Shown one piece after another: positions 56,901 through 64,000 of a stretch of 64,000 nucleotides of DNA. A program made the position numbers and the translations under genes. The notes beneath the pieces were generated by a model. It had not been told where the DNA came from. It did no database searches and saw nothing but the letters and a program-made list of their open reading frames with translations. Source of the DNA: Klebsormidium nitens (lineage: Eukaryota > Plantae > Klebsormidiophyceae); contig DF237346.1 of NCBI GenBank assembly GCA_000708835.1, positions 1 to 64,000 of the forward strand, written 5' to 3'. How positions within the stretch are numbered: the stretch's first letter is position 1; every line of letters begins with the position of its first letter.

Positions 56901-58600
56901 CGACCACAACTGGAAAGATCACAAAGCAGGATGCGAGGTCGAGCCGGATGCAGAACCTGCTGGGTGCCGCAGCTAGAAACGATGTTGCGCTGGCCAAAAG
57001 TCTGCCCCGAGCGCAGCTTACGAGGAGAGACGCTTTTGGGAGAACGCCGTTGATGCTGGCCGCGTGCTTCGAAGCTTATGAGATGCTGGAATGGCTGACG
57101 GAGCAATCGTCTTCCGAAGAGCTGTACCTGGATCAGGCGAAATGCACGCCCGGGGTGAGGGTCTGTTTACGATCTGTTACGTTCTGGCAGTATATGAAAT
57201 TCTCAATTCAATATATGGTAGCATACGTCTACTGTCCACCGTCTCTTTGAGAGACCGAAACGGACTCGAGCTGGCTGTGGCTTATTTCAGGCATAGAGAG
57301 TCAACAGATTAGCCTGTCGACCGTTCTTTAGTAGAAAGAAGGAACACGCCTGGCAAAAGCCGAAGGAAATAGACCGTAAATTGCAGATGCTTGGATCTCA
57401 CAGCATCTCGTTGCACTTGTCTGTTCTTTTTCTGCACCGAGAGGGGCTCTTGTCTATCTGCGCTCTGCTTTAACCCGTTTTCAAAGAGTTCTAGGATCCC
57501 AGATTGACCCGAAGTGACTGATGCCGACACAACCTTAGTTCAGCTGATACTGACACTGATGATGTCAATCAAACGTTCCTGGTTTTACCCTGCATATAAC
57601 GGATGGAAAGAAGGTGTGCATTCTTCCTCTTCTCTGATCGTAGTCGGAAAAATAAGTGAGTTGTCTCAATACTCGGCGCGCTAGGATACGTGTCAATTAA
57701 CGCGACAGTCGGCTGGCTGGACGTGAAATTTGACTCTCTCTTCCTTTTATTCAGACGATGAACGGCCTTGACTTCGAAAAGGAGACTCTCTTCCATCTCC
57801 TCGCGCGCCTCGACCTCCAAAATCCCGCCTTCCAGCGCGCCCTGAAACACCTTTCCGCGCACCCCGTTCCGCCGGAAGCGCTGAGCTCCTTCACCGGAGA
57901 GCACCTCGACGGACCAACACCCCTGGGCCTTGCAATTGAGCGGGGAAACCGGGTCTTCGCGGAGTGGCTGATAGCGAAGGGGGCTGACGTCAACTTCCAC
58001 GGGTGGGGTTTCAACTTCAACCCGGAAGGCGAGAGCTACTACTCTTATCCGCTGATGACTGCCGCAGCCGTAGAGGATCCTTACTTCGTAGAGCTGCTGT
58101 TGAACAAGGGAGCTCGCATCGACTGCGAGAACGAGCCCAGACAGTCCCTCGTAGGCAGCACGCTTGGCAAGATGACCCCGCTTCAGTTGGCTGCATACAT
58201 GGGCCGCTTCGAAAACGTGCGCCTTTTGGCCTACTACGGCGCACGATTCGAAGACACGTGGCTGAGCCAGTTCACCACGAGCCGCGATGACCCGGAGGAC
58301 ATCGCCGAGCTCACTGCTCAAACGGTGCGGCAAGGCGTGATCTACCGGGATTACAGTAAACCATGGAAAAGCGCGGAAGCGCTCAAAGACGCACTGAAAA
58401 GGTTCGACGCAGCGGCACGGGAGGGCCTCTCCCGCCGCAGACTGCTGGTGGTGTCTGGGATGACGCGCCGAACGGTTCCGAGACTTCCGGAGCATTTGCT
58501 CAAGCACGTTATGGAGCTGGCAGGTCTGTTTCCGGTCGTGCAGTTTCCTGAAGATCGGCAGCTGCAGGCTCGAGCGGAGAAGTCCATAGCAAAGTACTGA
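53920..58600 (+). CDS. Fusion protein: N-terminal phage/bacterial-type domain of unknown function + ankyrin repeats + C-terminal F-box-like motif, 6 exons, ~585 aa
   Basis: Exons 53920-54036 (tentative), 54661-54900, 55773-55918, 56321-56442 (GC donor), 56868-57154 and 57755-58600 join in frame (1758 nt). Ankyrin motifs: GRTPLMLAA, GPTPLGLAI...LIAKGADVN, YPLMTAA...LLNKGARID, MTPLQLAA...LAYYGA. C-terminal LPEHLLKHVMELAG. Confidence 0.75.
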
Positions 58601-59744
58601 CGAAATTGGTACGAGTCACTTTTGGGATGAGCGCTTCCAGGGATGTGGCACGGGTCTAGGTGGGGCAGCAAGAATTGACCACTGCAATTACAGTTACCAT
58701 GGACTACAGCATTAGCTGAAGGGCCGAATCCATACCATTTCTTTTTACGCCTGGAACTCATTAGACTTTCCATGAAGCTTGCCGCTGAATTTTTCTTATG
58801 GTATTCTTAGGCCGCCCGTCACCTCGGCCGGGCACTTAGACAAGCTTTTACCTAACAGCTGATTGTTTGAGCAACGCACTGTTTAACGATCAATCAGGCA
58901 ATCAACACTGAATTGTGTACGTAAGCCCATTCCCAGTCTGGCGGGATGGCGGCCGGGCCGCTGGCGTGTCTGGATGCGAAGACATGAAAGCATGTTCTGG
59001 CAAAGCTGAGTAGCAGTCTCATCATCATGCGGGCGGCCCCGGGGCACTATATTTCCTTAAGCTTGATAGCGCGCGAACAGACTGGAATTCCGTGCGCCGG
59101 AGGCTTGTGCAAGGGCGTAATTTGCGACCATGTGCATATGATCCCAGCCATGCCGGGCAGAGTCGCAAGACTTCCATGACACGTACGCCGGAAACATCGT
59201 ATCTCATTGGTGTACGGCCTCGTCACGCGGACGGTCACGCGGACGACGACTCAAGTGTGCACCGCCGGCCCGCCGTACATGATCCCGCATATCTCTGCAT
59301 ATCGGAAACAGGGCGCGGCAGCACATGCATCCAATGATCGCCAAGGCCGGCCAAGCTGTGTGTTAACGCAGGCCCGGCGCACGGCCGCGCCGTACTGAGC
59401 CGCCCCGGCCCCAAAGTGACGTACAGTGAATTGATCTGAGACCGGCGAAGTGCAAGTGACCAGAATGAAGTTTGAACCAGTCCGACTGATACATTCTGGG
59501 CGGCCCGGGGCGGCCCCGCGGGCCGGGCCCATATGCACCAGAAGATCACAAGCGCGGGCAACATGGTTTGCATGAGTCAATGATAGGATCGATTGCATGT
59601 TGATCGTTTGGACAGTAATTACAAGACTTGCTTAAACGATGCCACCTAACAGCGTTGGAACCAAGCGCGGCCGATTATGCATTTTTAAGGGTCAACAGTT
59701 CACAGGCAATCGCCGCCATGAAGTCAACGTCAAGTAAGTCGTAT

Positions 59745-62700
59745 TTAGTTTCCAAGAGTCTGCCCTGCTTTCATGAAGAATCTGGGGAGTGTTCGCTTGG
59801 AGGACTTGGATCCTCTGTGCTGCCCCGTATGCGCTTTTAGATCTCCCTTACAGCCGGCCGCCGCTGCAGCCGACTCACAACACGTGTCAGCACGACTCGC
59901 GTCCGCAATCCACCTGTCATGAGCTTCAATATACCAATCCGGTAACACAGACGCCAGACCACCTGCTTCGTTCTTACTCAAACACTGTTCGTTGCTGCCG
60001 ACCTGAGTCTCGGAGCGTTGCAAGTTCCTCTCCGGACTTGACACCTGTGCAGCCACCCCTTTGCCGAACTCCTCTTGCTTGACTTCCCGCCGGACGTCCC
60101 ATTCTAAACACGCTGCGTCCGTGTCCGCACTCGCTCGGAGCCGAGCCTTGTTATGCAACCCCGACGACCATTCCCCGGCTAGCCCCCGCAGCAAATCCTG
60201 CTCGTCCAGGAGAGTATTCACACCGCTGTCCAGAGCGCCAAGTCCCCCAGGTCTCAGTCCGCCTCTTTCCTCAGGAAGCGGCCCCGTTCCTTCGTCGAAT
60301 GTCGCGAAGTCCGCGGCTTTTGGCGCAACGCTTGCCGATGCTTTAGGCGGGGATATCGAGCAGACTCGGAAGCGCTTGCTCCTGATCACGACCCGGCGCA
60401 CCTTTGGAAGGGCGCTCCGTTTCCGGTTCCGTTTACCCCTCAGCACAAGGGCGTCTTCCCCGTCGTCTACAAACCCGACCCTGTCAACTCCGTCCGCACA
60501 CACCGGGTTAGCCGAAACCTCTGCCAAAACCGGGTGGGGTTCTTGCAAACCACGCCCCTGACCCCACTGCTTGCACAGCTCCCCGAAGTGCGCGTTTGGA
60601 CACGTGTCCAAACCGTACGGGTCCTTTCCGGCGATCGGACGGATGACGCTCGGCCTCACCAGCCGCACGAAAGCGTCCAGCTCCACGAAGCACGAGTGCA
60701 ACGAGTAGGGAACCCTAAAGAGAAGCGGCTCCCTGGGGGCGCTGGGCTCAGGCAGGGGTTTCTTTAGGCGTTCCCTCGCGGCCGCTGCCGCGCCCTGAAC
60801 TTGCACCGCGCCTTTTCGCCGTGAACTGGGGAGATGCCGCTCTTGAATATCCTGCGCCGCGCCCTCAATTCCAGAACACTCCCTTGCCGACGTCAGCACG
60901 TCCGCTGCAGGCGTCACAGCCGGCATCGCGCTCCGCAACAATTCTGCCTGCTCCTCGTTCGAAAAAGTTCCGCACCCCCTGCCTTCCTCCTCCGCTTCGT
61001 CAGAACGCCTTTGCTTGCTGACACCCTCAGTAGGCCAGCCCCGGTTACCAAAACCAGGAATGGGAACCTGGGCGGTACCGCCGCTGACTCTGCTCCCAGG
61101 CGCACGATTCCCATGGCCCGGTACGGCCCCCCGGTGGTTTGGTTCGCCCGGTTGACGGTCGAGACTCCGCCAGCCTGAGGGGACGATCCCGATGGTGGGC
61201 GCGCGCGCGTTGAGAACGCGCAGGTGGTCGAAGTTGACGCTGCGGCGCGGGACGGCGCAGATGCGGGGGCGAGCTGTTTCGGACACTTCAGGCGGTTCCA
61301 GCGGTTGGGAGCGTTCGGCACTATCGGACGGTCCGCATGATCTGGAGGGCTCCGATGTTGACGGCTTTGCAGGATGACCCGACCCGGAGGTTGCGGACGG
61401 TCCGGAAGGTTCGGACGCGTTTGAGGATTGGAGTGCGTCAGACGGTTCTGATGGGGAAGACGTTCTGGAGGCTTCGACCGGTTCGGACCGTTCGGACCGT
61501 GTCGGGGAAGCGTCGGACGGTTCAGAAGGGGCGGAGGAACCGGAGGCTTTGAGTGGTTCGGACCGTGCGGACGGTGGGGCTGTGGCGTAGATGGAGGGGC
61601 CCGGGAGGAGGGTGAAGACGTCCGGCAGGCCGAGGACCCGGGCGAAGGCGAGGCGCTCGGGAGAAACGGCGATCTGCCGGCGGGAGGAAGCGTCACAACG
61701 GGTTTCAAAAGTCGCTCTAGTTGGAAGGGTCCTTAACATTTGGTCGTTTGATCTGGCCTACTCACGGAAAATTAAAGCTTTTGAGCTTTCATAAATTGGT
61801 TGTATGGCAACAATGCGTGTGCCAAGGTTCTTTTCTACAGCAGTGGTTTCGCGAAAGGAAAAAGAAAGCATCTTGAAAGCAGACTTCAGTGGATATTGCC
61901 TCTATCTTGTAGAGACAGAAGAACAACTCAACCTCACGAGAAACGAAGAGGGGCAAAGTCAAGAGACTGCTTCAAAGTAGCATAGTTCCCAACTAAATCA
62001 AGAAGAAGCTGAGCAGCGGATCAAGTCGTGCAGGACGCTTCGCAAGCAGCGTCGTCTCTGCAAAGTATTGTGCATTCGAGCGGCATATGAATCATCCTCG
62101 AAATAGATGGGAAGCTTTTGTAGCATCACACAGTGTGCCCTTTTCGAAAGTTAACCTTCGAAACCCTTTCCATCCTCCGCTCAACCTTCTGTAATGCGAC
62201 AGAGCCGCCTGTGCCCTACCTTGGTTCGGAGCCTGGTGGCGATTGACACTAACAAGTCCTCCTTGCCCAGGGAGTCGACTCCAATCAGTACTTGGTGTCT
62301 CGGGTGGGCTTCCAGTATCGCGCACACCTGCCGGCAGGAGAACGAAGGAGTCCGTGAAGAGAGATTGACGCCAGCTGTTCAGTGAAATCAAACATGAGCC
62401 TTGCCGGCTGGGAGCCAATCGTAAAGAAACGCCTTTGAAAAGATGATGCACAAAGTCCAACAATTCCTGTATCACCGAGGATCGCAGGGTTGTGCTTCAG
62501 ACGAAGTTAGAAAAAACGCCTCGGATGTCCTCAGTTGGGGCCAAGTTTTTGAGCAGGGAGTTCAGAACGGTCTGGAATCTTACAACCGCACTCAGTGAGC
62601 TGAATCGAGAGATTTTTGATGATTTCAGGTGCATTTCTCTTTCAACTATGACGAAGATCAGTAATGTGCAATTCCGGCTTTCGCAATGATTGTCAGGTCC

Positions 62701-63989
62701 TCCTGTACAGTGTAAACCCTGTACATAAACACAGTGTAAATCAGCAGATTTCCCAAAAACTTTTTGGTCCGTTTGTCACTCATCAGTAAAATTCGGAAAG
62801 CGCTCCTTACCTGCTCCAGTGCTTCCGCCCGGTTGGGAAACCAGTACATCGGATGGCAATACGTGTTGTCCAAAAAGAGGACGTCAACCGGACGCCCCTG
62901 GAGGGCCTCCTGCAGCTGACGCAGTCCTGACGTCAGCGGCCGCGCGGCCTCGTCGGCGCAACCTTCTGAGCACGTGAGAGCTAGTTTGCTGGTCTCTGGA
63001 AGGGGGCGGGAGGGGGAAGGGGCGGGGGAACTAGATGTGGGAAGAAAAGCGTCCCAGCGGAAGTCGCCGGTGTGCAGCCGGGTGCCGAAGCTGCCCCGGA
63101 AGAGGAACATGACGGAGCCTGCAAAGGAGTGGACGGGACGATTCACAACCTCCGGTAATCCGAGTTTGGGTACTCAACAGAGAGTTACTGCATGTAGCTG
63201 CCCAACGGGATCATTAATGTCCATGACAAGTACAGGGCGTTCTCCGGAGGTTGTATCCTGGCAAGGTCAAATGAATGCATCTCGTAGGACGTACTGAAAT
63301 TAAGATGGAGCTTGAGAGATTTTTCAAGACAATCGGTACAGCCAACCTCCATGAGAAAGTCATTGAGCAGAGGTAAACATCAGGTAACCCATACTTTCAG
63401 AACACCTCAGGTCAAAAAGCCATGCGTGCACGATATATTGTAGGAGACTCTCTCCACCGTTTGTTGACTTGCATTCGCACTATCAACACCGGTAGCCGAG
63501 GACCAAAGGGTTGGCAGAATTAGGAGTCGCAACTTAGCCAAAGGCCGGCTGGCTCTCGCCGTCTTGGTATTTCATTTTTGCATGATGGGGCAGGAACGAG
63601 ACAAATTAAGCCCTTGGAGTCAGTCCATGAACAAGTCAGTGAGCCCGTTCTGTCAAGACCCATACTGGCCGCTTCCGTACTGAGAGAAACAACCTGAGAC
63701 GAAACAAACAAGCGGAGACTTCACAGTTCTTTCTCTGTCTGCAAAACTTCACCATTGACTCACCGGGGCAGTGGTGCGCATCGATGGGCGTGACCTCCAT
63801 CAACTCCTGTCGCTGCTGCTTGCCCCAAACTTCGACCATGGTGTGAACACCGACTTCCAAGGGGCGCAGCAGCCCCTTGCTGAAGCCGGGAAAGCGGACG
63901 CAAAGCAACTGAGCGGTCACGTGGGAGCAGTAGAGGGGCCCCCGAGACCAGGTGCTTCCCAGGCCCTTGATGTGGTCGCCGTGCATATG
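59745..63989 (-). CDS. SNM1B/Apollo-like DNA cross-link repair nuclease (metallo-beta-lactamase + beta-CASP); first exon(s) lie beyond the window end
   Basis: Exons 63989-63764, 63118-62811, 62327-62220 and 61673-59745 are in phase. MBL motifs: HMHGDH, DAHHCPGSVMFLF, LHTGDFR, LFLDNTYC. beta-CASP motifs: GVDSLGKE, PTIGIVPSG, VPYSLHSCFVEL. Confidence 0.9.
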
Positions 63990-64000
63990 CTGCACGAGAG

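Noticed and set aside
57569-58507. 312-aa minus-strand ORF
   Set aside because: Antisense shadow of the GC-rich ankyrin exon, with no recognisable domain.
60914-61708. 264-aa minus-strand Pro/Arg-rich ORF and overlapping plus-strand ORFs
   Set aside because: Alternative-frame or antisense shadows of the GC-rich terminal exon of the SNM1B-like gene.

Overview
Eukaryotic, intron-rich genomic DNA. It is most likely a streptophyte (charophyte-type) green alga such as Klebsormidium. This is inferred from a plant-type CDC48B, an REF/LDAP-like gene and a plastid-type TPR gene occurring alongside a ciliary inner-protein gene and a propionyl-CoA carboxylase, with introns of about 0.1-1.4 kb. I built ten spliced gene models by hand with consistent exon phases: REF/LDAP-like, WDR5, CDC48B, plastid TPR, SPAG8/FAP143-like, PCC alpha, PRMT1, a secreted CYTH-like protein, a DUF-ankyrin fusion and a 5'-truncated SNM1B/Apollo-like nuclease. 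There is also one terminal exon of a conserved plant unknown protein and a TA-flanked long-TIR element spanning the assembly gap. Three observations stand out. (1) A 6-exon gene fuses a domain I recall from phage, bacterial and giant-virus hypothetical proteins to ankyrin repeats and a C-terminal F-box-like motif. (2) An 8-exon gene, almost invisible in the ORF track, encodes a signal-peptide-bearing, bacterial-type CYTH/triphosphate-tunnel protein. (3) Several exons in three genes are flanked inside their introns by degenerate 'echo' copies of their own splice junctions, always acceptor-side copies upstream and donor-side copies downstream. About 3 of 59 modelled introns are GC-AG. Family assignments are from motif recall, not database searches.
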